Below, piece by piece: positions 1 to 9,686 of a stretch of 64,000 nt of DNA. Numbering within the stretch: the stretch's first letter is position 1; each line of letters opens with the position of its first letter. Under the pieces are notes generated by a model. It made no database searches. It had not been told where the DNA came from and saw only the letters and a program-made list of their open reading frames with translations. The translations under genes were made by a program, and so were the position numbers. The stretch spans positions 872,679 through 936,678 of the forward strand of contig JBFWJC010000001.1 of assembly GCA_050253415.1 (NCBI GenBank), written 5' to 3'. The stretch is from Pedobacter sp. (GTDB taxonomy: Bacteria; Desulfobacterota; Desulfuromonadia; Desulfuromonadales; Syntrophotaleaceae).

Positions 1-848
1 GTATGCTCGATCTGGGTTTCATCGATGACATTCTCAAGGTTGCCGAATATCTGCCGGCCCAGCGCCAGACCATGCTGTTTTCGGCAACCTATTCGCAGAG
101 CATCAAACAGCTTGCCGACGAATTGCTCGACCAGCCGCGGCGCATCGAAGTGGCGCGCCGCAATATCGCTGCCGATGCGGTGACCCAGGCTGTTTACGCG
201 GTGGAACGCAGCCGCAAGCGGGAGATGCTTTCGCATCTGATACGCAAAGGAGAGTGGAATCAGGTGCTGGTGTTTGCCCGCACCCGCTACGGCGCGGACA
301 AGCTGACCGAGGAATTGCTGTTTGACGGGATCAAGGCCGCAGCCATTCACAGCAACAAGAGCCAGTCGGTTCGCACGCGGACCCTCGCGGAGTTCAAACG
401 GGGCGAATTGCGTGTTCTGGTCGCGACCGACGTGGCGGCACGTGGACTCGACATTCAGCGCCTGCCGCATGTGGTGAATTACGACCTTCCCCAGGTCCCT
501 GAAGATTATGTGCACCGCATCGGTCGCACCGGTCGTGCCGGTGAGGATGGGGTGGCCCTGTCGCTGGTCAGCCCGGCAGAGCAGCCGCAGCTGCTGGCAA
601 TTGAAAAGCTGCTCAAGTATGCCATCCCGCGGCAGACGATTGCGGAATTTCCACAGATCGCGGTCAAGCGGGGGGTGAAGGCGAAGCCGGCTAAAAAGTC
701 CACCGGAGGGTCCAGCCCGCGCAAAAAAACCTTTGAAGATCCGATCGATGCGGCGCTTGTCCCGCCAAAGCCCACCAAACAGCGGCGAAAAAAAGCTGTA
801 ACCGAGCGCCCCGCTCCCAAGACCGGCCGTCGCGGGCGCAGGTCCTGA
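1..848 (+). CDS. rhlE: DEAD-box RNA helicase, RhlE-like (5' partial)
   Basis: Motifs [21 protein letters not shown] and [12 protein letters not shown]; basic C-terminal tail; truncated by the window edge. Confidence 0.88.
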   Translation, partial: MLDLGFIDDILKVAEYLPAQRQTMLFSATYSQSIKQLADELLDQPRRIEVARRNIAADAVTQAVYAVERSRKREMLSHLIRKGEWNQVLVFARTRYGADKLTEELLFDGIKAAAIHSNKSQSVRTRTLAEFKRGELRVLVATDVAARGLDIQRLPHVVNYDLPQVPEDYVHRIGRTGRAGEDGVALSLVSPAEQPQLLAIEKLLKYAIPRQTIAEFPQIAVKRGVKAKPAKKSTGGSSPRKKTFEDPIDAALVPPKPTKQRRKKAVTERPAPKTGRRGRRS

Positions 849-904
849 CCCGTGGGGTTTTACAGTAGCCCAGACTATAGACAACGTGCAGGGGAGGGAC
901 GGCA

Positions 905-1612
905 TTGGAACATCCGCAAAAAGACAACCGCCCGAGCAAGAAGCATCAGCCGCGAGGGTTGCCTGTCCTGCATGAGGACAAGGATATCATTGTGGTGGAA
1001 AAGCCTGCCGGACTGCTGACCGTCGGCACCGAGCGGGATAAGTCGCGAACCGCCCACTATTTGCTCAACGATTATGTCCGCAAGGGCAATCCCAAATCGC
1101 GAAACCGGGTGTACGTGGTCCATCGCCTGGATCAGGATACTTCCGGGATTTTGATTTTCGCCAAAAGCGAACAGGCCAAAAAGTTTTTGCAGGAGCATTG
1201 GGAGCAGACCGAGAAGCATTACCTGGCCATTGTTCATGGCCAGTTGATTCCCAAAGAGGGCATGATTTCCAGCTATCTGGTCGAGAATGCCGCCCAGCGG
1301 GTCTATTCGACCCCCGATGCCGCCAAGGGAAAGCTTTCACAAACGGCCTACAAGGTATTGAAAGAGAGCAAGGGATTCAGCCTGGTGGATATTCCTCTCC
1401 TCACCGGGCGCAAGCACCAGATCCGCGTGCATTTCGCTGAAAAAGGCCATCCGGTGGCGGGGGACAGGAAATACGGCAACGGCGACCATGGTGCAAAACG
1501 GCTCGCCCTGCATGCCCGTTCGATCTCCTTTATTCACCCCTTCAGTGGCAAGCAGATGAATTTCGATACCGGCGTGCCGGAGGATTTTGCGCGGTTGATC
1601 GGTAAGATGTAG
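905..1612 (+). CDS. RluA-family pseudouridine synthase
   Basis: KPAGLL, catalytic HRLDQDTSG, TGRKHQIRVH and LALHA motifs. Confidence 0.93.
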   Translation: MEHPQKDNRPSKKHQPRGLPVLHEDKDIIVVEKPAGLLTVGTERDKSRTAHYLLNDYVRKGNPKSRNRVYVVHRLDQDTSGILIFAKSEQAKKFLQEHWEQTEKHYLAIVHGQLIPKEGMISSYLVENAAQRVYSTPDAAKGKLSQTAYKVLKESKGFSLVDIPLLTGRKHQIRVHFAEKGHPVAGDRKYGNGDHGAKRLALHARSISFIHPFSGKQMNFDTGVPEDFARLIGKM

Positions 1613-1635
1613 CCGTTTTCAGGTGGGAAACCAGG

Positions 1636-1664
1636 AACGGGGCGGGCAAAAAGCCCGCCCCGTT
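1636..1664. terminator. Intrinsic terminator hairpin between convergent genes
   Basis: aacggggcgggc-aaaaa-gcccgccccgtt, perfect 12-bp stem. Confidence 0.75.
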
Positions 1665-1666
1665 GA

Positions 1667-1771
1667 TTATTTTTTCCCCGCTTTTTTGATCTTTTTCTCT
1701 GCTTTTTTTTCTTTCATGGTTTTAGCCGGTTCTTTTTTGTCTGACTTTTTGCTGTCCATGCCCTTGGCCAT
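1667..1771 (-). CDS. Small Lys-rich protein, 34 aa (MAKGMDSKKSDKKEPAKTMKEKKAEKKIKKAGKK)
   Basis: Manual translation; AAGGAG RBS just upstream of ATG; stop codon lies next to the terminator hairpin; below ORF-track cutoff. Confidence 0.8.
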   Translation of the reverse strand: MAKGMDSKKSDKKEPAKTMKEKKAEKKIKKAGKK

Positions 1772-1976
1772 GTTTTTCTCCTTGTTTACGTGGTTGGTAT
1801 GCTGGCCTGACACAAAATACGTGACAGTCTACCACGCCCTTGTTTTCAGAGAACGATATTTCGGTTATAGATGCAATTTAGCAGGCGGCGAGCTTGGCAG
1901 TCCGTAAAGTAAGGCTTTCACACCTTTATCAGCGAGCACTAGGCCCATCCGGAACTCTCCCTGATAAGAGGCTTTT

Positions 1977-2633
1977 TTAAAGCCGCTCGGCAAGCAATAA
2001 GCGGTTTTTCGGCGTGATGTCGTGCGGAATGGTTTGCGTGATGACCTTGTAGCCTCGCAGGCGCAGCCGCGCCACCCGGGTGGCGTCCATCGCCAGCGGG
2101 CCATCCATCCACCCCTGCAAGTCTCCCATATCCCCATCGTCCAGGTTGTGGCAGCACGGCAGCACCGCGACCCTGGCGCCAGCGTCCATGGCCCTGTCCA
2201 GTACCAGGTCGGTAAGCTCGCCGCAGGCATGTACGGACACCACCAGGTCGTCCGGGGTAAGTGCAATCTGCTCGATGTTGCATTGCTCAAACCGCACCCG
2301 CCCCATCAGCTTGGGCCATGCTGCCTCAAATGAGGCAGCCAGGGTGGCGGCACTCGCCGGCAGGTGCAGATCGACGGCCAACGCTTGCGGGGAACTGTTG
2401 TCGAGCAACAACAGCGTGGTGGCCAGCAGGCCATGCCCGCAAGCCAGATCAACCACTCGCCCGCCGCGAAATCGGCGTCGCACCCGGCGAGCCACCTCCC
2501 AGGCTTCGTAGAGTTCTTTGCGTGGCAGGCAACCGGCATGACAGACGGCGCAGGCGATGCGATCAAACAGAGAGTCGCCGTTGAAATGGGAGAGGTGCCG
2601 ATGGTTGAGACGATTGCGGGATGAGCGGTTCAT
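1977..2633 (-). CDS. SAM-dependent methyltransferase domain protein (Methyltransf_32-like)
   Basis: VVDLACGHG SAM motif; VHACGELTD and LPCCH. Confidence 0.8.
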   Translation of the reverse strand: MNRSSRNRLNHRHLSHFNGDSLFDRIACAVCHAGCLPRKELYEAWEVARRVRRRFRGGRVVDLACGHGLLATTLLLLDNSSPQALAVDLHLPASAATLAASFEAAWPKLMGRVRFEQCNIEQIALTPDDLVVSVHACGELTDLVLDRAMDAGARVAVLPCCHNLDDGDMGDLQGWMDGPLAMDATRVARLRLRGYKVITQTIPHDITPKNRLLLAERL

Positions 2634-2729
2634 GGCGGGCTCCTGGGCAGGTCCTTTGAAGGAACGGGTTAAAGCCGCAGGATGCCAGCCTCGTCCATTT
2701 ATTTAGTCGCTTAACTTCATAGTGAGGAT

Positions 2730-3398
2730 TTACGGTTTTTTGGCCACCCAGACGGCGTGGCGGTAGCCGCCCTTGCCGGGTCTCTCGCAGCGGACCCTGA
2801 ATCCGGCAGCGGCAAGGCGCTCTACAAAACCGGCATCGGGGTTTTCTCCCCAGATCGCGAAGGTGCCTCCGGGTTTGAGGGCGGTGCGGGTGCGTTCGAT
2901 GGCGCGGCTGCCGTAGATCGGGTCGCCGCGTTTGTCGGTCTTGGGGTGCGGCCCGCGATACAGATCGAGGATGATGGCATCGAAACTCTCGCCGGGTGTC
3001 TGGCGGATCAGTTCGGCGACGTCGGAAATCTCTACCGTGACGCGCGGGTCTCCGGCGGCACCGTCGGTCAGTTCGGCCAGCGGTCCGAGGCACCACTCGT
3101 GGATTTTGGGGTTAAGCTCGGCCACCACGACCCGGGCGGTTGCAGGCAAGGCGTCGAGCACCGCCCGCAGGGTGATGGCCATGCCCAGTCCGCCGACCAA
3201 TACCCGGGGAGCGGGATGGTTCTGCAATCCTTCGCAGCCGAGTTGACCGAGGGCGATTTCGGAGCGTTGCGCCTTGCTGTTCATCAGCACCTGCGGGCCC
3301 ACGGTGATGAGATAATCCCCTTTGCCGCGCTGGCGCAGTTCAAGGACCCCTTCGTCTTCGGTGGTGAAACGATCGAGCGTTTTCCAGGGCAGTGCCAT
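2730..3398 (-). CDS. Spermidine synthase-like methyltransferase
   Basis: LMNS...SE, VLVGGLGMA and FDAIILD motifs. Confidence 0.82.
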   Translation of the reverse strand: MALPWKTLDRFTTEDEGVLELRQRGKGDYLITVGPQVLMNSKAQRSEIALGQLGCEGLQNHPAPRVLVGGLGMAITLRAVLDALPATARVVVAELNPKIHEWCLGPLAELTDGAAGDPRVTVEISDVAELIRQTPGESFDAIILDLYRGPHPKTDKRGDPIYGSRAIERTRTALKPGGTFAIWGENPDAGFVERLAAAGFRVRCERPGKGGYRHAVWVAKKP

Positions 3399-3421
3399 GG
3401 CAGTTTCCTCGTATTAAATAT

Positions 3422-3451
3422 AAAAAGGCGCCTGCGGGGTAGGCAGGCGCC
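3422..3451 (-). terminator. Intrinsic terminator of the ABC-F gene
   Basis: ggcgcctgc/gcaggcgcc stem followed by a U-tract on the minus strand. Confidence 0.7.
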
Positions 3452-3466
3452 GTCGGTCGTTTGTCG

Positions 3467-5101
3467 TTACAGGGTCAGGCTGGCTTCGCCCTGGAAGTGT
3501 TCTTCCCTGACTTTTGCGACTTCGGTGCTTTCCAGGTATTCGTCAAAGGTCATGGTCCGCTCGATGAAACCGGCGGGAGTGAACTCGACGATCCGGTTGG
3601 CGACCGTGGACAGGAACTTGTGGTCGTGGCTGGCGAACAGGATCACCTCCGGGTAGGCGATCAGCCCTTCGTTGAGGGCGGTGATCGATTCGAGGTCGAG
3701 GTGGTTGGTCGGCTCGTCGAACACCAGCACGTTGGCTGCGGTGAGCATCATTTTTGCCAGCATGCAGCGGACCTTCTCGCCTCCGGACAGGACGCTGGAC
3801 TGCTTGGTCGCCTCTTCGCCTGAGAACAGCATGCGGCCGAGAAAGCCGCGGGCAAAGCTCTCCCCTTCGGTGGGAGCGAACTGGCGCAGCCACTCGATGA
3901 GGTTCAGGTCGTTTTCGAAATAGCGGCGGTTCTCCTTGGGGAAGTACGCCGAAGTGATGGTGACCCCGAAGCGGAAGCTGCCGCTGTCCGGTTCGAGTTC
4001 CCCGGCCAGGATCTGGAACAGGGTGGTCTTGGTCTGGCTGTCGCCACCGACAAACGCGATCTTGTCGCCCTTGTTGACGGTCAGGCTGAAGTTGTCCAGC
4101 ACCTTGACCCCGTCGACGGTTTTGCTCAGATCCTTGATCTCGAGAATGATATCGCCGCAGGGGCGCTCCGGCTTGAATACCACAAACGGGTATTTGCGCG
4201 AGGAGACCGGCATGTCTTCAAAAGTGAGTTTTTCCAGCAGCTTTTTGCGCGAGGTTGCCTGCTTGGCCTTGGAGGCGTTGGAACTGAAGCGCTGGATAAA
4301 CTCTTTCAGTTCATTGGCTTTCTCGGTGACCTTGCGGTTTTCTTCCTGCTTCTGCTTCAGCACCAGCTGGCTGGCCTCGTACCAGAAGTCGTAATTGCCG
4401 ACATACACCGTGATTTTGCCGAAGTCGATATCGGCCACGTGGGTGCAGACCTGGTTGAGAAAGTGGCGGTCATGGGATACGACGATGACCGTGTTCTGGA
4501 AGCGGGACAGGAATTCCTCCAGCCAGCCGATCGATTTGAGATCCAGATGGTTGGTCGGTTCGTCGAGCAACAGGATGTCGGGGTTGCCGAACAGGGCCTG
4601 GGCAAGCAGCACGCGGACCTTTTCGCCGCCTTCGAGTTCCTTCATCTTTTTATGACGCAGTTCTTCGGGGATGCCCAGACCGTTAAGCAGGACCGCCGCC
4701 TCCGACTCGGCTTCGTAGCCGTTCATTTCGGAAAATTCGGCCTCCAGTTCGCCAGAGCGGATGCCGTCTTCTTCGGTGAAATCCCCTTTGGAGTAGATCG
4801 CTTCGCGCTCGGCCATGATCTCGTAGAGGCGCTGGTGCCCCATCATGACGGTGTTGAAGACCGTTTCTTCGTCGAAGGCGAAATGATCCTGGCGCAGCAT
4901 GGCGATCCGCTCGCCGGAACCGACCGATACCTCGCCTTTGTCCGGCTCGATTTCCCCTGACAGGATTTTAAGAAAGGTCGATTTCCCGGCGCCGTTAGCG
5001 CCGATAAGGCCATAGCAGTTTCCGGGGATGAACTTGATGTTGACGTCTTTGAAAATGACCCTCTTACCGTAAGCGAGGGCCACGTTGTTGGCGCTGATCA
5101 T
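3467..5101 (-). CDS. ABC-F family ATPase (YbiT-like)
   Basis: Two ABC domains (GANGAGKST, LLLDEPTNHLD, DEPTNHLD), no TM segments, RFSSNASKAKQATSR linker; start set at MISANN. Confidence 0.93.
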   Translation of the reverse strand: MISANNVALAYGKRVIFKDVNIKFIPGNCYGLIGANGAGKSTFLKILSGEIEPDKGEVSVGSGERIAMLRQDHFAFDEETVFNTVMMGHQRLYEIMAEREAIYSKGDFTEEDGIRSGELEAEFSEMNGYEAESEAAVLLNGLGIPEELRHKKMKELEGGEKVRVLLAQALFGNPDILLLDEPTNHLDLKSIGWLEEFLSRFQNTVIVVSHDRHFLNQVCTHVADIDFGKITVYVGNYDFWYEASQLVLKQKQEENRKVTEKANELKEFIQRFSSNASKAKQATSRKKLLEKLTFEDMPVSSRKYPFVVFKPERPCGDIILEIKDLSKTVDGVKVLDNFSLTVNKGDKIAFVGGDSQTKTTLFQILAGELEPDSGSFRFGVTITSAYFPKENRRYFENDLNLIEWLRQFAPTEGESFARGFLGRMLFSGEEATKQSSVLSGGEKVRCMLAKMMLTAANVLVFDEPTNHLDLESITALNEGLIAYPEVILFASHDHKFLSTVANRIVEFTPAGFIERTMTFDEYLESTEVAKVREEHFQGEASLTL

Positions 5102-5538
5102 AGGTGCACTGTTTCCTTTTTCTGATAACTTGAAATCGTAAGTTCGGGGTGCGTAAGGTGTTTTTGCGCGGCCGAACTTCGCGTGGGTATGGACAAATAA
5201 AAAACCACAGGGGTGATCCTGTGGTTCACGCAGATGCTTCCTTATACCATTTAAGGCCTGTCGGCAGCAAGCCCGGTCTCCATTTTTGGACACGAGGCAG
5301 ATTCCGTAACACCAGAAAAGCGCACGGATATTTTCCTCATGTCCGGGTTTATTCCTTGAGAGTCCGCGTTACTATGCTCTTGAGCCTACGGGGGGAGGGT
5401 GTTAACCTCTGGATTTGTTTGGTTCAAATCGCACTATGGATAGGGGAAAAGCCTGCATCCAAGGCACGGTTAAGCAGTGGCTTGGCAGGCGAAGTCCGCT
5501 CCGAAAAGCACGCAATTCGGGAAACAGGCTGAAAAGAG

Positions 5539-6192
5539 ATGAAATCCACAAGCGATGGTACCTGTTGCCCTTTGTGCGGCAGTGAAAATACAGGGTTGTT
5601 TTACGCGGATAAAAAACGTGTCTATTTAAGCTGCACCGGTTGCGAACTGGTGTTTGTCCCCGCAACATACTGGCTTAGCGCCCAAGAAGAAAGGGCAACC
5701 TATGACCTGCATCAAAATGATGTGCGGGATCATGGCTATCGCCGATTCCTGTCGCGGTTAAGCAAGCCACTGCTGGAGAGACTTGATCCTCACCAACAGG
5801 GGCTTGATTTCGGCTGCGGTCCCGGTCCGGCCCTGTCGGTGCTGTTGCAGGAGCAAGGCCATCAGGTGGATCTCTATGATCCGTTTTTTTTCCCGGACGG
5901 CTCGGTTTTCGAAAAGGAATACGACTTTATCTGTGCAACCGAAGTTGTCGAACATCTGCACGATCCCGATAAAGCATTCTCCGCACTTTTCAGGATGTTG
6001 AAAAAAGGCGGCTGGCTTGCTGTCATGACAAAAATGGTGATTGACCAGCAAGCTTTCAGCCAATGGCACTATATTCGCGATATGACGCATATTTGTTTTT
6101 ATAGTAAAGGTACCTTTGAATACCTTGCCAAACGCTTCCATGCCCAATTGGAATTCGTGGCCAAAGATGTGATTCTTTTTCACAAGAAGTAG
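5539..6192 (+). CDS. Class I SAM methyltransferase with N-terminal zinc ribbon
   Basis: CPLC...CTGC, LDFGCGPGP and TEVVEH. Confidence 0.87.
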   Translation: MKSTSDGTCCPLCGSENTGLFYADKKRVYLSCTGCELVFVPATYWLSAQEERATYDLHQNDVRDHGYRRFLSRLSKPLLERLDPHQQGLDFGCGPGPALSVLLQEQGHQVDLYDPFFFPDGSVFEKEYDFICATEVVEHLHDPDKAFSALFRMLKKGGWLAVMTKMVIDQQAFSQWHYIRDMTHICFYSKGTFEYLAKRFHAQLEFVAKDVILFHKK

Positions 6193-6245
6193 GCCGGGGT
6201 CTGTGGCGCGTGATCTTGTCAGCCGAAGATATGAAGGAGTGCGGG

Positions 6246-6683
6246 ATGGATGAATTTATGCAAGCCGCCATAGAGGAAGCCAAAAAGGGGTTAGCCGAGA
6301 ATGGCATTCCTATCGGGGCGGTATTGGTGATTGACGGAAAAATCAGAGGACGGGGCCACAATCAGCGGGTTCAGAAAAGCAGTGTCGTGCTGCATGCAGA
6401 AATGGACTGTCTGGAAAACGCCGGTCGCCTGCGGGCGTCCGATTATAAACGGGCCACACTCTATACCACCTTATCCCCCTGTGCGATGTGCAGCGGCGCC
6501 ATCCTGCTTTACGGCATTCCAGAAGTCGTGATAGGCGAGAACCAAACTTTCCAGGGACCGGAGGAACATTTGCGGTCCAACGGGGTAAAATTGGTTTTGA
6601 TGGATAGTTCTGAATGCAAGGATCTTATGGATCAATTCATAAGGGAAAAACCTGTACTTTGGAATGAAGATATCGGCGAATGA
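6246..6683 (+). CDS. Cytosine/nucleoside deaminase (FCY1-like zinc deaminase)
   Basis: HAE and PCAMC zinc motifs; C-terminal WNEDIGE; AAGGAG RBS. Confidence 0.9.
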   Translation: MDEFMQAAIEEAKKGLAENGIPIGAVLVIDGKIRGRGHNQRVQKSSVVLHAEMDCLENAGRLRASDYKRATLYTTLSPCAMCSGAILLYGIPEVVIGENQTFQGPEEHLRSNGVKLVLMDSSECKDLMDQFIREKPVLWNEDIGE

Positions 6684-6738
6684 GAAGGCCGATGGATAAA
6701 ACGCTCTCATCGTGTCTGATACCGACAGGAGTTCTACG

Positions 6739-7581
6739 ATGAACTGGCAGAAGGATCAACGTAGCGAGGATTTTCCTTTACGGTCCCGGTGGCGGATGGT
6801 TCTGCACGAGGTGATATTCGAGGCCGATACCCCGGCCGGCAAGGGTTTTGACGTGTTGCTCATCGCCAGCATCCTGGCCAGCGTCGCGGCGGTGATGCTC
6901 GATAGCATGGGGGCTGTGCGCTTACAGTATGGGCGCCTGCTCTACGGAATTGAATGGTTTTTCACCCTGCTGTTTACCGTCGAGTACCTGTTGCGTCTTT
7001 TATGTGTCGGCAAGCCGCTTAAATACGCCGTAAGTTTTTACGGGGTGGTCGATCTGCTGGCGATTATTCCGACCTATCTCAGCCTGATCCTGCCGGGTAC
7101 CCAGTATCTGGTGGTTATCCGTATTCTGCGAATCCTGCGTATCTTCCGTATCCTTAAACTGGTGCCCTATCTCGGCGAGGCGCGACTTCTGCTGCATGCG
7201 TTACGGGCGAGCGGGCGTAAAATAGCCGTGTTTCTTTACACGGTGCTCACCCTGGTGGTCATTTTCGGGTCATTGATGTACGTCATTGAGAGCACGACGG
7301 AAGGGTTTACCAGCATCCCTCGCAGTATCTACTGGACCATCGTCACCCTGACCACCGTCGGATACGGCGACATCTCACCGCAAACCGCCCTCGGCCAAGG
7401 TCTGGCCTCGGTGATCATGATCCTCGGCTACGGCATCATCGCCGTGCCGACAGGTATTGTAACGGTGGAGATGTCGCAGGCCTTTCGCCACAAGGTGTCG
7501 ACGCAGGCTTGTCCGGAGTGCAGCGCCGAAGGACACGACGATGACGCGCGCCACTGCAAGTATTGCGGGGCTGAACTCTAA
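6739..7581 (+). CDS. Voltage-gated potassium channel family ion transporter
   Basis: S4 segment RILRILRIFRILK; TTVGYGD filter; C-terminal CxxC...CxxC. Confidence 0.92.
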   Translation: MNWQKDQRSEDFPLRSRWRMVLHEVIFEADTPAGKGFDVLLIASILASVAAVMLDSMGAVRLQYGRLLYGIEWFFTLLFTVEYLLRLLCVGKPLKYAVSFYGVVDLLAIIPTYLSLILPGTQYLVVIRILRILRIFRILKLVPYLGEARLLLHALRASGRKIAVFLYTVLTLVVIFGSLMYVIESTTEGFTSIPRSIYWTIVTLTTVGYGDISPQTALGQGLASVIMILGYGIIAVPTGIVTVEMSQAFRHKVSTQACPECSAEGHDDDARHCKYCGAEL

Positions 7582-8603
7582 AAAAGTCCGGTCGATAGCT
7601 GCTCAGGGGTGTATATGGTGACTCTGTTGCGGCCGGCGTTTTTCGAGGCATACATCGCCCTGTCGGCCGTGGTAACAAATTCAGAAAGCATCCTGTCGCG
7701 CGCAAGTGTATTCCCGGGTTCGATATAATCGCTGACCCCGAAGCTGGCGGTTATCTTTATCGGGCCTTTTCCGGAATCAACGACCGTCTCTTGTATCTTA
7801 TTTCTCAATCGTTCAGCGACGGCAGCCGCTTCTGCAGCAGGGGTTTCGCACAGCAGGACGATAAATTCCTCTCCGCCATAGCGGGCCGGTATGTCGGTAG
7901 CCCTGATGAGTTCCCTTGTTGCTTTTGCAACCATTTTCAAGGTCAGATCCCCGTAGTTATGCCCGAAGGTGTCATTGACCCACTTGAAATGGTCGATATC
8001 GAAGGCCATGACCGACAGGGGGTGGGAGTATCGCAGGGCCCTGCCGATCATATCTCTCGCCAGTTTATTGAAATGTCTTCGATTATGCAGTCCGGTCAGC
8101 GCATCGGTCAGCGCCAGTCGTTTCAATTTTTCCTTGCTGCTGCGCAGGGCCGCTTCGGTTTGCTTTCTGGCATCGATCTCCCTGAGCAGGTCCTCGTTGG
8201 CTTGACTCAATTCCGATTTTTTGTTCACGAGTTCCGTCAATGTTCGGTCAAGCTGTATAACCATGGCATTGAATGACTCGGCAAACTCCCCCATGAAATC
8301 CACGCGCTGAGAAAAGTCGCCGGATGCGACCATCTTGGTCTGCCATGTCATATGCTTAAGGTGCGACTGAAGGGTCTTGAGGGTGCCACCGATAAAACCT
8401 TTTAGGGAAACCTCTTTTGACAGGTCGCCATTTGATGCCAAATAGAGAAAATCCCGGAGAGAAACAAGGTTGTTGTATAAGGTCCGAAAGGACGGGACGG
8501 ATGCCAGGTGATCGGGGATCTCGGGCGGATTGCTGAGTGTAAGGACATCCAGCAACAGCCGTGAAAGGTCATCCGCCAGGTTGTGTTCATTTTCAATCGA
8601 CAT
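7578..8603 (-). CDS. Diguanylate cyclase with HAMP-like/coiled-coil input
   Basis: DIDHFKWVND, GHNYGD, RATD I-site and GGEEF. Confidence 0.92.
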   Translation of the reverse strand: MSIENEHNLADDLSRLLLDVLTLSNPPEIPDHLASVPSFRTLYNNLVSLRDFLYLASNGDLSKEVSLKGFIGGTLKTLQSHLKHMTWQTKMVASGDFSQRVDFMGEFAESFNAMVIQLDRTLTELVNKKSELSQANEDLLREIDARKQTEAALRSSKEKLKRLALTDALTGLHNRRHFNKLARDMIGRALRYSHPLSVMAFDIDHFKWVNDTFGHNYGDLTLKMVAKATRELIRATDIPARYGGEEFIVLLCETPAAEAAAVAERLRNKIQETVVDSGKGPIKITASFGVSDYIEPGNTLARDRMLSEFVTTADRAMYASKNAGRNRVTIYTPEQLSTGLF

Positions 8604-8625
8604 TCAGGTCCCGGATTTACAGAAT

Positions 8626-9144
8626 TTATTTGATGATGTCAGCGGCGAACCGGCATGTTCTGTCTCCGGTACTCCAGCAGTCAATTTCTTTGACCTTGAA
8701 TGAACTGCCGGTAAAGCTCTCGAGCAGACCGGCAATGAATCCTTCGTCATAGGTGCAGGTTTCATAGCCGAGGTCGGGGAGCCCGGAGCAATCCAGATCT
8801 TCCGAAATGGTCAGGACCAAAGAGCCTTTGTCCATGTCGGCTTCCTCGATACGCAGTACGCCGATGCCCATGTCCCGGAGCGTATCCTGGAGAGTCTTTA
8901 GGAAGACGTTGAAATCTTTGATGTCTGGAAAAAGATTTTTATAAAATTCAACGCCTGCCAGTTTGCCGGATTCATAGAATATCCGGTCGGTTTTATCCGT
9001 CCCAAGATGCTGTTCCATAACATCCCTGAAAGCAAACTGCATCAGCCGATAGGATTCAAGACGGGTCTTGTTGCCAAGATTAGGTCGGCCACTCGACATG
9101 TCGCCTAAAAGCTCCCAGGAAAACCGGTATTTTCGATCCGTCAT
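8626..9144 (-). CDS. Stand-alone V4R domain protein
   Basis: DLDCSGLP, TCTYDEGFIAG and EIDCW...TCRF; GGAGG RBS. Confidence 0.87.
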   Translation of the reverse strand: MTDRKYRFSWELLGDMSSGRPNLGNKTRLESYRLMQFAFRDVMEQHLGTDKTDRIFYESGKLAGVEFYKNLFPDIKDFNVFLKTLQDTLRDMGIGVLRIEEADMDKGSLVLTISEDLDCSGLPDLGYETCTYDEGFIAGLLESFTGSSFKVKEIDCWSTGDRTCRFAADIIK

Positions 9145-9476
9145 TTCCGTCCTCCAGTCGTATTGAATCACGTTATCACGAATCTATATCTCTCAAAAAC
9201 AATTTTCCCTGTTTGGTTTTTTGCGGCGATACCACAGACGATAATTATCTGCCAACTTTGCAAACGTAGTCCACTTTTCTCAAGGTTCTGAATATGCGGC
9301 TAGGATTGATGCGCAAATCACCACCGTTGAACGCCTATCTGCCAAAGGACTTTGCGCCAGGGGGAAACCTGACTCTGCAAAAAGGCGCAACCCCCGAGGA
9401 TGGCATTTACCTCCGGTTTCAAGGGGTGTGCGTGCAGAGACCTTCTGTTGCCTTCTTGTGACCTCGGGATTCCGGT

Positions 9477-9508
9477 AAATTATGGCCTGCATTTGCAGGC
9501 CATAATTT
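9477..9508. promoter_or_regulatory. Perfect 15-bp inverted repeat, candidate operator
   Basis: aaattatggcctgca-tt-tgcaggccataattt between divergent genes. Confidence 0.5.
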
Positions 9509-9686
9509 GATTTGAATTCACCGGTTCAAGGGTAAATATGGCTATTTATAGTGATTGTCATTCGACGCACTCTGGGATACAACCAAATATAGTAAATTAT
9601 GCGATTTAAGATAGGGCAGGGCAGAAATCGTTCTACAGCATTTTCGATACGATCGATGTCATCCCGGAAATGGATTGGAGAAGACC

